Shown here: positions 8,259 to 18,426 of the stretch, piece after piece
Layout of the letters: the number at the start of each line of letters is the position of its first letter
Numbering within the stretch: the stretch's first letter is position 1
Assembly: GCA_021323375.2 (NCBI GenBank)
Contig: JAJPCT020000022.1
Location: forward strand, 38,411-102,410
Source: Candidatus Wolframiiraptor gerlachensis
GTDB taxonomy: Archaea; Thermoproteota; Nitrososphaeria_A; Caldarchaeales; Wolframiiraptoraceae
Length of the DNA stretch: 64,000 nt
Direction of reading: 5' to 3'
Translations under genes and position numbers: made by a program
The notes under the pieces: generated by a model
The model's database searches: none
What the model was told of the DNA's origin: nothing
Seen by the model: only the letters and a program-made list of their open reading frames with translations

Positions 8259-10136
8259 TTAGAACTCGAACTCGTATGTTCGAGTTCTTACAGCTCCCTG
8301 CATGATTGGGTAGAGCTTGGCTAGCGCCTCATCCAGCCCAAGCTCCATCAGCTTCTGCGGAGTTGGTATGCCGTTCTCATCCCAACCTCTCAGCTCATAA
8401 TATGTTTTAAGCAACTCGGCGAACTTCTCCCTATCCAAGGTTATTCCCTTGGTCTCTCCCTCCGGCACCGGGTCCTCGAAATCCCTTGCCGGGAGGGTGT
8501 CATCCTTCGCGCATACCCTCTTCCTGAGGTAGGCGATGACCCTTACCAAGTTCCAGACCCTCTCGGAGCACTTGAGAAGATCATCCAGAGTCGTCTCCCT
8601 ACCGGTAACCGCGGAATAAGCCTCCGCATAGATGTTTGGGTCGATCTTCAGCTCAACCCATGGAAGCCTGCATACTCCAAGCATGTCGAATAATGGCCTG
8701 ATGTGCTGGAGGTAGATCACCTTCTCAGCCTTATCGCGGCTATAGCTCGCCCGCCCAACTTCGACATCATATGTTATCGCCCAAGACCGATTATGATGTG
8801 CTCCTATATCGCACGTAGCGTAGCTAAGGGCCATTGCCGTGGCGGCCCTATGATCATATGCACTTATCTCGAGGCCCTTCACATGCATCGCGAACCTCTC
8901 TGAGCCCCGCTTAACATAGCTCGCGACAGCCTTAACGCCCTGTGCTAGGAGGCTCCCTATCCCCCTCCTATAAGCTATCATCTCTATGAGCTGATAGATC
9001 TTCTCGGCTTCCCCCCATGAGATCTCGAAGCCGAGCTCATCCTTGGTTATCAAGCCCCTCTGGAAACACTCTATCAAGAATGCTATAACGGATCCCGTGC
9101 TTATCGTGTCGATGCCATAGTAGTCGCAAAGGTAATTCGCTTTAGCAACCTCCTGAAGCGTCCTTAACCCGAGGTTTGAGCCCAGCATCCCGAGGTTCTC
9201 GTAATCAACGACCACGAAGTCGTCATCAATTCTTAGCGTATGGCCGCATGGTATTATGCAGTTTGCGCAAGCGGAGACATAGACCTGAGACTCGTGGACG
9301 GCTCTCCCGGAGATCGCGTCAGCATACTCGTAGACGGTCTTCTGGAAGTTGTATGTTGGGAGGGCCTCCACGCCATTAGCCCATTCAACAGTCATGTTCG
9401 TCCCATACTTCATCCAGCTATCATATGCTGGGCTCGACCTAACCTCTTCCATAAGCCTCCTATTCACCTCTCTAAGCCTCTCAGGGTCTGCGACATCTAC
9501 GGATCCGCTTCCTCGAGCCACGATCGCCTTGAGGTTCTTGCTGCCCATCACCGCACCCATCCCCGTCCTCCCAGCCTGTGAGTGCCTCCGCTCCCTAAGC
9601 CCCCAATCCACGTTTATCGAGGCATAGACCACCATCTTCTCACCCGCAACCCCTATCGTCGCTATCGAGCAGTCTCCATACCTCTCTCGAAGCACGCGGT
9701 CGGCATCCTTCGAGCTCATCCCCCATAGGCTTGGATCCTCGACCACCTCGACACGCCCATCATCGACTAGGAGGTAGCTCGGTGCATTAGCCCTACCCCT
9801 TATCACCAGCGCATCTATGCCAGCCCTCCTCATCATATAGCCGAGGTATCCGCCGACACTGCTATCTCCATATATGCCAGTCTGGGGGCTTATTGCCGCG
9901 AAGCTCGTCTTGCATCCGCCGAGAAAGCCCGTCGCCGCCAACGGGCCCGTCGCAACCACAAGAACATTTGATGGATGGGTTCCATGAATTATCTCATTAA
10001 GATTCTCGAAGATTATCTGCGCACACCAGCCCCTCCCGCCAATGAAGTCCCTAATCAGCCTCTCATCAGGATCATAGGTACGCACCCTACCCTCCGTCAG
10101 ATCTATCTCAGCTATCCTGCCATAGCCATGCATCAT
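8259..10136 (-). CDS. aor: Aldehyde:ferredoxin oxidoreductase family (W-pterin)
   Basis: GRTGMGAVMGSKNLKAI, CANCIIPC, CDYYGIDTIS and HVKGLE motifs. Confidence 0.95.
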   Translation of the reverse strand: MMHGYGRIAEIDLTEGRVRTYDPDERLIRDFIGGRGWCAQIIFENLNEIIHGTHPSNVLVVATGPLAATGFLGGCKTSFAAISPQTGIYGDSSVGGYLGYMMRRAGIDALVIRGRANAPSYLLVDDGRVEVVEDPSLWGMSSKDADRVLRERYGDCSIATIGVAGEKMVVYASINVDWGLRERRHSQAGRTGMGAVMGSKNLKAIVARGSGSVDVADPERLREVNRRLMEEVRSSPAYDSWMKYGTNMTVEWANGVEALPTYNFQKTVYEYADAISGRAVHESQVYVSACANCIIPCGHTLRIDDDFVVVDYENLGMLGSNLGLRTLQEVAKANYLCDYYGIDTISTGSVIAFLIECFQRGLITKDELGFEISWGEAEKIYQLIEMIAYRRGIGSLLAQGVKAVASYVKRGSERFAMHVKGLEISAYDHRAATAMALSYATCDIGAHHNRSWAITYDVEVGRASYSRDKAEKVIYLQHIRPLFDMLGVCRLPWVELKIDPNIYAEAYSAVTGRETTLDDLLKCSERVWNLVRVIAYLRKRVCAKDDTLPARDFEDPVPEGETKGITLDREKFAELLKTYYELRGWDENGIPTPQKLMELGLDEALAKLYPIMQGAVRTRTYEFEF

Positions 10137-10421
10137 TGATGGTCCGCCAAGGTAAACAATATCCCCCTAATTAATTTATTGCCTCGCATACCATGGGCTT
10201 AACATCGGCATAGATTTCCCCTAAATTGTTAGGGGGGAGGTTTCCGCCTAGCTTTGTCTTCTCTCCGCCATCAAGACCATAGGTTGTATAGGTCTCTGCC
10301 CTCCACCTATCAGCATCCGTGATCATTAATTAATATCCTTTTATAGAGTGTTTTTGCCATTTTCGGGATGGTCCTCAATGAATAAGGGGAGGGCTCGTAT
10401 TGGAGGTATGTGTGGGTGTGG

Positions 10422-11231
10422 ATGGCTAGGGTTTATTATGTTGATGTGGCGATTCCCGCTGACAAGAAGAGGGGGAGGCATAAGACGCATGCGGTCTTTG
10501 ATGGGGGCAGGGTTTTCAGGGTCAAGAAGCTGACGGAACTTGAGGGTGCCAGCGAGATATCTGCTAAAGGATATTGCCAAGCTGAAGAGGCTGAGGATGG
10601 AGAATAATATGAGGAAGAGTGATGAGAATGATGCAATGCTACTTGTACAGATTCTAAAGGAGACATTTAGGTCGTTAATTATCAAGGAACTAGAGCTTAA
10701 AATGAAGATGAGACCATTAGTGAAAGAATATGAGAAAATCATGCGTTAGAGAAGAAGATTGACGACACTAATAAAACACGGCTTCGACTACAACTTCAAA
10801 GAGTCAATAAGACTTATGAATGTAGCTAGAATAAGGATTTCTGGAAAGATTGCTAGTCAGATAGCCATCCTTCATATACTTCATAATATACGAAGAAGTT
10901 TATAAGAAGGCTTGTAAAATTCTCGGTCTCAAGGAATAACGCTGAACGCGCAATCCTAGCAATAGAACTACCGCTTCATCTACCACTAGTAAGACTGAAA
11001 GGGCGATATAATCATAGACTGAGAAGGCATATCGCAAGGCTTGCAACAAGCCTTTACAAAAAAAAATGTTAGTTAGTTAGTTTTAGAAAGAACATAAGAT
11101 TTTTCGAATGAGATTGCAGAAGTTAGTAATCGCCTGCCAAAGAAGCAGACAATAGTCGGATTAGAACTACTCATTTTGAAAGCACTGCGAGTAGCATATC
11201 TTATGACTGTGAAGCCGCTGGCGGCGAGTAG
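10422..11231 (+). pseudogene. Frameshifted and deleted IS110-related RuvC/Nop-like protein
   Basis: MARVYYVDVAIPADKKRGRHKTHAVFDGG, YLLKDIAKLKRLRMENNMRKSDENDAMLL, GFDYNFKESIRLM, GRYNHRLRRHIARLA, LILKALRVAYLMTVKPLA. Confidence 0.8.
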
Positions 11232-11351
11232 TAAAAGCCATAAAGGCCGGTAAGGTCGTTGCCGGCATCCCAGCATGGAAGATCCCATGAATTCATGTAT
11301 GGTTTTAGGTTTGATACCTGCCGGCTTTTTATAGTTATGAAGACCGCCAGC
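11217..11351 (+). ncRNA. Putative dual-guide structured RNA, unit 2
   Basis: GCTGGCGG/CCGCCAGC outer stem, AGCCATAAAGGCCGG stem, GCATGGA/TTCATGT inner stem; 14-nt arms at 11256-11269 and 11303-11316. Confidence 0.75.
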
Positions 11352-11490
11352 CCACCCCGCTTTTAACCTTTTATTAGTAAGGCTTTTCACGACCTACAAC
11401 GTTTAAAGGCCCTCCTCGACAAAGTACTAGTAATTCAATTTTCCCAAAACGCCTAAAGCTGGAAAATGATCAAATTAAAGAATTCTCATG

Positions 11491-11793
11491 CTATCTCATG
11501 GAGCATTGGCAGGGTTTTGAGCCGCAGGCCGGGCATCCCGACCCATATCTGGCTAAAACAGCGTCCTCAAGATCTATTCCAACCACGTTGCAGAAGCTGA
11601 GAAGCCATGCGAGGAGATCTGCAACCTCGCATTCAAGACCCTTCCTATCATTCTTGAGGAAGGCATCCGCCACCTCTCCAGCTTCCGAGAGCATCCAGAG
11701 AAGCGTCTTTTCAGCACCCCTCCGACTATCACGATCAAGGTAGGTCTCAGCCATGAGTCTTTGAAGATCCCTCAACCTCATGTCAGCGATCAA
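11491..11793 (-). CDS. MazG-like nucleotide pyrophosphohydrolase
   Basis: LLWMLSEAGEVADA…EVADLLAWLLSFCN; C-terminal CPAC…CQC. Confidence 0.85.
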   Translation of the reverse strand: MIADMRLRDLQRLMAETYLDRDSRRGAEKTLLWMLSEAGEVADAFLKNDRKGLECEVADLLAWLLSFCNVVGIDLEDAVLARYGSGCPACGSKPCQCSMR

Positions 11794-11831
11794 GATCTAG
11801 CATGGCTCTAAAAAACTTAGCTTCAAGGCCG

Positions 11832-12809
11832 TTATCTCACCCCCTGAGCAAGGGTTTGAGGCGGGTTCGAGGCTAGGGCTATCGCGCCATATAAAACAAC
11901 ATCACCTCCAAGCGGCGTGATTATTATCTTAGGAGCCCTATTCGCAGTATATCCCCCTATGTTCGCTATTATCGGCTTGAGCACCAGCTCCAGGTTATTC
12001 AGCGCGATCGAGCCACCGACGGTAATCAGCTCCGGATCATAGAGCGTGTTGACATTGGCGAAGCCTATAGCATTCAGCCTGCCAACCTCCTCGATGATCT
12101 TGAGAGCCCCCTTATCACCCCTCCTTGCCAACTCGAAGAGTGACTTGGGGGTCAGTTCGCCCCTCCCTACAAGATCCTCCACCAATGTTCCGCAGAAATA
12201 ATCCGGCCTGCTCTCGATCAGATATTTAGCGAGCTTCGGTATCCCAGAGCCTGAGCAGTATGCCTCCCGATGTCCTCTACCACCACAGTTGCATGCTAGC
12301 CTCTCCTCGAAGTCTATCACCATATGCCCTATCTCAGCGGCGTTTCCATCCTTTCCAATTAGGGGGATGCCATCCACGACCACTCCTCCACCGATGCCCG
12401 AGCTGAGTGTTATGTAAGCGAGGTTCTTCAACCCCCTGCCGGCCCCAAAGACCCATTCTCCCAAGGCCGCGGTCGTGCAGTCATTAAGCAGGTAGACTGG
12501 AACCCTGAACATATCCCGGAGGGTCTCGACTATATGCACATTCTTGAATGGGACGTTCGGCGGGTTAAGTATCACACCCCTCCAGCAATCAAGAGGCCCT
12601 ATCGAGCCTATTCCAATAGCTCTAACCTTATCCAAGTCGTTCGCCGAGACCATTCTTATCAGGCGGATAAACTGCTGGATTACATCATCCGGGGACTCTG
12701 ATTGAACAGTCTTCTCCTCAACCCTCCTGAGAATCCCGGATTCAATGTTGCCCAGCGCCGCCCGAATATTCGTCGCGCCCAGATCTACACCAATAACAAG
12801 CCCCGGCAT
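11832..12809 (-). CDS. ROK family sugar kinase (gluco/hexokinase)
   Basis: IGVDLGATNI, LLNDC, GIGGG and EIGHM…CNCGGRG motifs. Confidence 0.92.
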   Translation of the reverse strand: MPGLVIGVDLGATNIRAALGNIESGILRRVEEKTVQSESPDDVIQQFIRLIRMVSANDLDKVRAIGIGSIGPLDCWRGVILNPPNVPFKNVHIVETLRDMFRVPVYLLNDCTTAALGEWVFGAGRGLKNLAYITLSSGIGGGVVVDGIPLIGKDGNAAEIGHMVIDFEERLACNCGGRGHREAYCSGSGIPKLAKYLIESRPDYFCGTLVEDLVGRGELTPKSLFELARRGDKGALKIIEEVGRLNAIGFANVNTLYDPELITVGGSIALNNLELVLKPIIANIGGYTANRAPKIIITPLGGDVVLYGAIALASNPPQTLAQGVR

Positions 12810-12983
12810 ACTCGGAATCAGGAATCAAACTCGCAGCCCTAAACTTTTACACCCCACTAGAATCCTCTCATAAGGCCGCAAAGCAGCTCCTTCAAGCTTA
12901 AGAGAAGAACTCTAGGATGGAAGCTCAATGTAAGTTTGTTCCACCCTTGAAACCTTGATTGTTTGTAAGAGTTGTAAGCTGGT

Positions 12984-13460
12984 TTAGACCCTCCTTCCTC
13001 TTCTTCCACCCTTTCTCCTGACCGAGTCATGGGGTATTGGTGTCACGTCCTCTATCCTCCCGATTATTACTCCTGATCTCGCGATCGCCCTGATAGCTGC
13101 CTGTGTTCCCGGCCCCGGGGTCTTCGCCTTAACCCCTCCAGGTGCCCTCACCCTTATGTGGACAGCCTCTATACCCTTTTGCTTCGCTATCTCCATCACA
13201 TAGCTCGCGGCCCTTGTCGCAGCATATGGTGTCGGCTCAAGCCTTCCAGCATCCACGAACATGCCGCCGGAGGCCCTGGCAATCGTCTCGGCGCCGGTAA
13301 GATCTGTCAAGTGGACGATAATGTTGTTATAGCTCGAGTATATGTGGACGATACCCCATTTAAGGGTCTTCTTGGGCGCTGTAGCTACTGCCCTCTCAGC
13401 TTCCTGAGCTTCCTTCTCCTCCGGCTTCTTCTCAACCTCTTCCGCCTGAGCGCTGCTCAT
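12984..13460 (-). CDS. rps11: 30S ribosomal protein S11 (uS11)
   Basis: [12 protein letters not shown]…TPGPG…[13 protein letters not shown]…GGRRGRRV. Confidence 0.97.
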   Translation of the reverse strand: MSSAQAEEVEKKPEEKEAQEAERAVATAPKKTLKWGIVHIYSSYNNIIVHLTDLTGAETIARASGGMFVDAGRLEPTPYAATRAASYVMEIAKQKGIEAVHIRVRAPGGVKAKTPGPGTQAAIRAIARSGVIIGRIEDVTPIPHDSVRRKGGRRGRRV

Positions 13461-13564
13461 TCTGGGGGCTAGTTGGAGACGCCATATTTAAGACTTCATC
13501 CCCCCTCAAGTGTCCCCGCATCATTTATTACTACGCTATAGCGGCTTTCAGCTAAGTAGGAGGA

Positions 13565-15088
13565 ATGACTGAAAGGCTTTACCTGCCCGATTTACTGGCG
13601 ATTCAGCTTAAGTCCGTGGTGCATCTAGTTGAGAGTGGGCTTCTTAAGGAGGGGAAGGTCCTCATACACCGCGGTCTCGTGGCGGAGGCGGAGAGGCTGG
13701 CCTCCGAGGGAGATACACTGGCCCTCGAGGGGCTTGAGAAGCTGGCAACCGCCTGCAGGGCCGCGGGCATAGTTATCGAATATGTTGGGGCGAGCTCTAA
13801 TGGTGATCGGCTAGCGATCCTCGAGGAGGCGAGGAAGAGGGGCGCCAGCCTCGTGACATGCGACCCAATCACGGCCAAGATGGCCTCATCGCTGGGGGTT
13901 GAGGTGCTTTATGAGATGCCGCCGCCCCCATTCCGCATTCAGGAAGTCTTCACAGATGAAGTTATGAGCTTGCATCTAAAGGGGGGACTTCCGCCTAGGG
14001 TTAAACGGGGCTCGCCGAGAAGCTGGAGGCTCGAGGAGATACTGGATAAGCCGGTCACGAGGGAGGAGATGGAGCTAACCCTCGCCTATCTAATGAGGGA
14101 GGCTTACACGTCGCTGGGAACGGATGCCTTCCTTGAGGTCGATAAGCCAGCCGTCAAGATATTCCAGCTAAGGGACTTCAGGATCGTGGCCACTAGGCCG
14201 CCGTTCTCAGACGGCTTCGAGCTCACGATAGTCAAGCCGAAGATCAGGAGAAGGCTCGCGGACTACAGCCTACCGATGAAGGTTATCGAGAGGCTGGAGA
14301 CGCAGGCGGAGGGGATACTAATAGCTGGGCCGCCTGGGATGGGCAAGTCGACCTTCGCGCAGGCCCTCGCCGAGCATTATAAGTCGCTGAACAAGATTGT
14401 TAAGACTATTGAGAGCCCGCGAGACCTCCAGGTGTCGCCCGAGATAACCCAGTACTCGAAGGCTGCCTCGAGGCATAACGAGCTTCATGATGTCCTTCTG
14501 CTGAGCAGGCCCGATTACACGATCTTTGATGAGATACGTGGGCCCGAGGACTTCGACCTCTTCATAGACCTGAGGCTCGCCGGGATAGGGATGATAGGTG
14601 TTATACATGCGACAACGCCGATAGATGCTATTCAGAGGATAGCGAATAGAATAGACTTGGGCATGCTGCCGTCAGTAATAGACACGGTCATATTCATGGA
14701 TAAGGGTGAGGTAGAGAAAATATACTCCCTCGAGATGACAGTTAAGGTGCCAGCCGGTCTGAAGAAGGAGGATCTCGCGAGGCCAACGGTGATTGTCAAG
14801 GACTTCCTGACCGATGAGCCGAAATTCGAGCTCTACGTCTTTGGTGAGAGGAACTTCGTGGTGCCGATAAAGAAAGAGGCGCGCGGAGAGGCCATGAGCA
14901 GGCCAGCATTCAAGATCACGAGCCTGCTCCAAGAATACATACCGGACTTCAGGATCGAGGAGGACAAGAACGTCATAAGGCTATACATCCCGGAGCAATA
15001 CTACAGGATATATATCAAGAAATGCCAGAACAAGCTCCTTAAGATCGCGAGAAAATACAGGATAAACATCGAGGCGTATCCGAGCTAA
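13565..15088 (+). CDS. PIN-domain ATPase (PINA, PilT-like ATPase with KH-like C-terminus)
   Basis: Degenerate PIN N-terminus, GPPGMGKST Walker A, RPDYTIFDEIR and DLRLAGIGMIGVIHA. Confidence 0.9.
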   Translation: MTERLYLPDLLAIQLKSVVHLVESGLLKEGKVLIHRGLVAEAERLASEGDTLALEGLEKLATACRAAGIVIEYVGASSNGDRLAILEEARKRGASLVTCDPITAKMASSLGVEVLYEMPPPPFRIQEVFTDEVMSLHLKGGLPPRVKRGSPRSWRLEEILDKPVTREEMELTLAYLMREAYTSLGTDAFLEVDKPAVKIFQLRDFRIVATRPPFSDGFELTIVKPKIRRRLADYSLPMKVIERLETQAEGILIAGPPGMGKSTFAQALAEHYKSLNKIVKTIESPRDLQVSPEITQYSKAASRHNELHDVLLLSRPDYTIFDEIRGPEDFDLFIDLRLAGIGMIGVIHATTPIDAIQRIANRIDLGMLPSVIDTVIFMDKGEVEKIYSLEMTVKVPAGLKKEDLARPTVIVKDFLTDEPKFELYVFGERNFVVPIKKEARGEAMSRPAFKITSLLQEYIPDFRIEEDKNVIRLYIPEQYYRIYIKKCQNKLLKIARKYRINIEAYPS

Positions 15089-15107
15089 GCCTATCCCCAA
15101 TAGACTA

Positions 15108-16238
15108 TTAGACTCTTCTTCCGGGGAGCGGGTATCTTCCGTGTTTTCTCGCCTTATCAACCATTGTGAATATGTTCTCCACCTTCACATTCATGTGAAG
15201 CGAGTTGCTGGATGTAAGTATGAATCCACCGCCCTCCGCCGCCGCATCTATACATCTCCTAACATCTCTCCTCACATCCTCCGTCCCATAGGAAAGGACG
15301 TACTTGCAATCAACATTCCCCATTACACATATCCTGTCCCCATATCTCCTCTTAACATCTCCCATATCCATGACGCCGGGCTCCATTGGGTGTAGCGCCG
15401 AGATACTCGTATTTACTATGTCATCTAGGATGGTGTAGAGATTTCCATCAGAATGCTTCAGAAACAGGAATCCCATATCTCTTGCCTATATTGACAATAG
15501 CCTTCAAGTATGGGAGCTCATACTCCCTAAACATTATTGGGTTCATGAATGGGCCATTTTCCCCAGCATAGTTATCCGTAACCCATAGCGCATCTACACC
15601 AACCTCCGCCATCGCCTTAGCATAGCTTTGACAGGCTCTTGCTAACTTATCCAATAGATTTCTCGCGAGGAAGGGCCTATTGAAAGTCTAGAAGGATCTT
15701 GTCAATACCTCCCCTAACTTGGAAGGCGAAGTGCCAGCCACTATGGCATTGCCCTATCATAACGATACGATATCCTCCCCCCTTACACTCCTCATTATTC
15801 GCTCCATCATCTCGTAGATATCGGGATGGAAGGCATTAGGCGGCTCATAGGATTCCAGATCCTCCGGCGTTTTCACCACACCATCCACAAAGAAGGTTGT
15901 CCTGCTTCTCTGATTCGCCTGCATCACCCTACCCTAATGATCAACGTACCTATCCTTATCGACATATCTCGGCTTATAATCTCTAGGCGTTAAAGAATAG
16001 TCTGATAGCACGACAGCGGCATCGAAGTCAAGCTTCTTGCACGCCTCAACCAACAATAACCTATAGGTTATCGCTTAATCCCAGCTGGTACTGCCGCAGC
16101 CGTAGTGTAGACCTGACTCATAATAGGTCTACCAAGAACCTGCTCAACTATAGGAGGATCAAGCGCGAAATCTGTTATAGGGACATAATCTGGCTCGCCC
16201 AGCTCAAGAGCCCTGAAAAAGCGCTCCTTATGATTCAT
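15108..16238 (-). pseudogene. Uroporphyrinogen decarboxylase / MtaA-CmuA family pseudogene
   Basis: Starts MNHKERFFRALELGEPDYVP; later fragments GVDALWVTDNY…, HSDGNL…, GNVDC…GGGFILTSSNS, broken by stops and frameshifts. Confidence 0.85.
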
Positions 16239-16327
16239 TGTAAGATACGCATATCTTGGTCTAGATAAATAGTTTTATGGCCGGGAAGGTGGAAAGATTA
16301 AAAGCCGAGAATGAATTAGTTTTCTCA

Positions 16328-16389
16328 TTGGGGGATGAGGCAGCCGCTCCAGACTGAACTGTGATGCAGGAAGAGCCGGGCCGACCCAA
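16328..16389 (+). ncRNA. Box C/D sRNA candidate
   Basis: Terminal stem TTGGG/CCCAA, box C GGGATGA, D' CTGA, C' GTGATGC, D CCGA; intergenic, with AT-rich GATTAAAA about 30 nt upstream. Confidence 0.7.
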
Positions 16390-16407
16390 ATATTCTCACT
16401 AAACTGG

Positions 16408-16883
16408 TTATGCTCTTGCTTGGCGTTTCTTTTGATACGTCCTAATTATTTCATTGTAGTCTTCTTCGCTTATCCTCTTTGTCGATCCCATGAATGCCCT
16501 CATTGGGTTCCTGAACCTCCTGAGGAATGAGAGCCTGTTATGTATTTCTGTTGGCGAAATTGCTATCTCCCACACCTCCGCCTCCTTGAAGCCCATCGCA
16601 TATTGGAACGCGTTTGATAGTTCTCCGATTACATGGAATCTCTGTTCCTCCGTTATTGGGTGAGCTGGCCCAGCTAATATTCCCTCACCATGAACCCCTT
16701 TCTCTTGGCTTCTGCGATGTAGAAGATTACTTTGTCGCCCTTCTCGAGCCTCCTGAGATTTGGGGGCTCTAACATTCAGCGACCGGAACCTGTTTTCATC
16801 CTGTTTGATAGGACCTCGCTCGCGGGTGCAATTCTTCCCATATGCACATGATCCTTCACAAGGAAGACCCAATAGTTGACCAT
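16408..16883 (-). pseudogene. EVE-domain protein, frameshifted
   Basis: Three frames join to give MVNYWVFLVK…NLRRLEKGDKVIFYI…GILAGP…ISEEDYNEI, matching the EVE pattern. Confidence 0.65.
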
Positions 16884-16917
16884 GCTCTATGCATGGGATC
16901 TCAATCTTATAAGAGAG

Positions 16918-18345
16918 TTAGGTGAGCCTTATCCTCCTCCACGGCCTCTCCTCCGAGCCCCTCTTAGCATAATCATCCAAGTTTATCCCCATCTTCTTCG
17001 CCTTTCTTCTTATCGCTGCTAGGGTCGGTTTCCTATACTCTCTAACAGTCTCGAGGATCAGCTCTCCAATCCTCTCATCGCCCCTCGCTATTATGGCCTG
17101 GAGATATGCCTGCCTTATCCCATCAGTGCTCAGGATCCTGCCAAGCTCCCTTCTCAGGAACTTAAGCTTCCTCCTTAGGATTCTTGGATCCTCAAACTCC
17201 TCGCTCTCCATTGGTGTATGAGGCTTTGGGACGAATGGGTTCGCGCTCACCCTCACCCTGAATCCCAGATCCTTTATCTCCCTAACAAGCTTCACCGCCT
17301 CCTCTAAGTCCTTCATGGTCTCCCCCGGTAATCCGAACATCATGTAAAGCTTTATCCGGGTGATCCCATGCTTCTTGAGCAGCTTGCACACATTGAGGAG
17401 CGATTCATCTGGAAATCCCTTTCCTATCCTATATCTGAGCTCCTCACATGTCTCGGGGGCGATCGTTATGGTCTTCTCACCGCTCTCCGCCAAGAGTTCT
17501 AAGAGCATCTCGCTCATCGCATCGGCCCTCAAGGATGGCGCTATTAGCCTAAAGCTTCTATCCCTCCTGAGCTCCCTCGCGATCTCTATTAGCTCCTCGA
17601 GCCTGCTATATCTCGAAAGGTCGCTGGCTATTAGGGCTACGGCCTCATAATCCCCCCTTATCACCCCCTCCCGCATAACCTCTGCCAGCTGATCTAGACT
17701 CCTCTCCCTATATGGCGCGTAGAAGTTTTTCCCTAGGCAGAAGAGGCAGCTCCACCCACATCCCCTGCTTACGTCGAGTAGGAGAGCATCGCCGAAGATG
17801 CTCCGCCTGCTGGAGACCTGAAGCGCCGGGAGAAACGTGTCAAGCCTTCGTGGATATGTTCTTCTCACCGCCTCGGAGACCCCTGCGATGAATAACCCCT
17901 CTAAGCTTGCTAGGTTCTTTGGGCTCGCGCCGTCCATCATCTCCTCGATGAGTTTCATCAGCCCGCTCTCCGCCTCTCCGATGTAAACATAGTCTGTAAG
18001 GCATTTGAGAGGGTATGGATTGCATGTACATGGGCCGCCGATAATCTTGGGCTTATCGAAGAGGTTTAGCCTAGCTATCTGGTGCGCCATCTCGAGGAAA
18101 TCCAGCTCATACTGGTAGCTGAACATTATCAGGTCAAACTCGCTGAGATGGGAGCCGGTCTCAATACTCCTATCACTCTCAGCGGTAAAGCGCTCGCAAT
18201 AGATCCTGTCATCGAGGTTTAGGAGGTGGTAGATTATCCTGATGCCGAGGTTTGATATCGCGACCTCATACGTGCTCGGGTAGACTAGGGCTATCCTGAA
18301 CTTACCCCTAACCCTCTTCCTTACAACGAACTTCTCATCTAGCAT
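16918..18345 (-). CDS. Radical SAM protein with B12-binding-like N-terminus
   Basis: YPSTYEVAISNLG, SRGCGWSCLFC (CxxxCxxC), TIAPE and YMMFGLPGET. Confidence 0.9.
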   Translation of the reverse strand: MLDEKFVVRKRVRGKFRIALVYPSTYEVAISNLGIRIIYHLLNLDDRIYCERFTAESDRSIETGSHLSEFDLIMFSYQYELDFLEMAHQIARLNLFDKPKIIGGPCTCNPYPLKCLTDYVYIGEAESGLMKLIEEMMDGASPKNLASLEGLFIAGVSEAVRRTYPRRLDTFLPALQVSSRRSIFGDALLLDVSRGCGWSCLFCLGKNFYAPYRERSLDQLAEVMREGVIRGDYEAVALIASDLSRYSRLEELIEIARELRRDRSFRLIAPSLRADAMSEMLLELLAESGEKTITIAPETCEELRYRIGKGFPDESLLNVCKLLKKHGITRIKLYMMFGLPGETMKDLEEAVKLVREIKDLGFRVRVSANPFVPKPHTPMESEEFEDPRILRRKLKFLRRELGRILSTDGIRQAYLQAIIARGDERIGELILETVREYRKPTLAAIRRKAKKMGINLDDYAKRGSEERPWRRIRLT

Positions 18346-18426
18346 CCCAGCTTCCTACTCGCTCCTATGCAATCATCCATAACTTTCTCTATAAAGGTTT
18401 GAACGCGGTCCAAGGGTTAAGTTTTC

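Larger units (their letters stand above)
10354..11360 (+). mobile_element. Decayed IS110/TasR-like element, copy 2
   Basis: Homologous to 2421-3500 along its whole length, with two internal deletions. Confidence 0.8.

Noticed and set aside
15853-15863. TTCCAGATCCT equals the junction of unit-1 arm A and revcomp arm B
   Set aside because: Only 11 nt and the flanking positions mismatch; compatible with chance given the many registers tried
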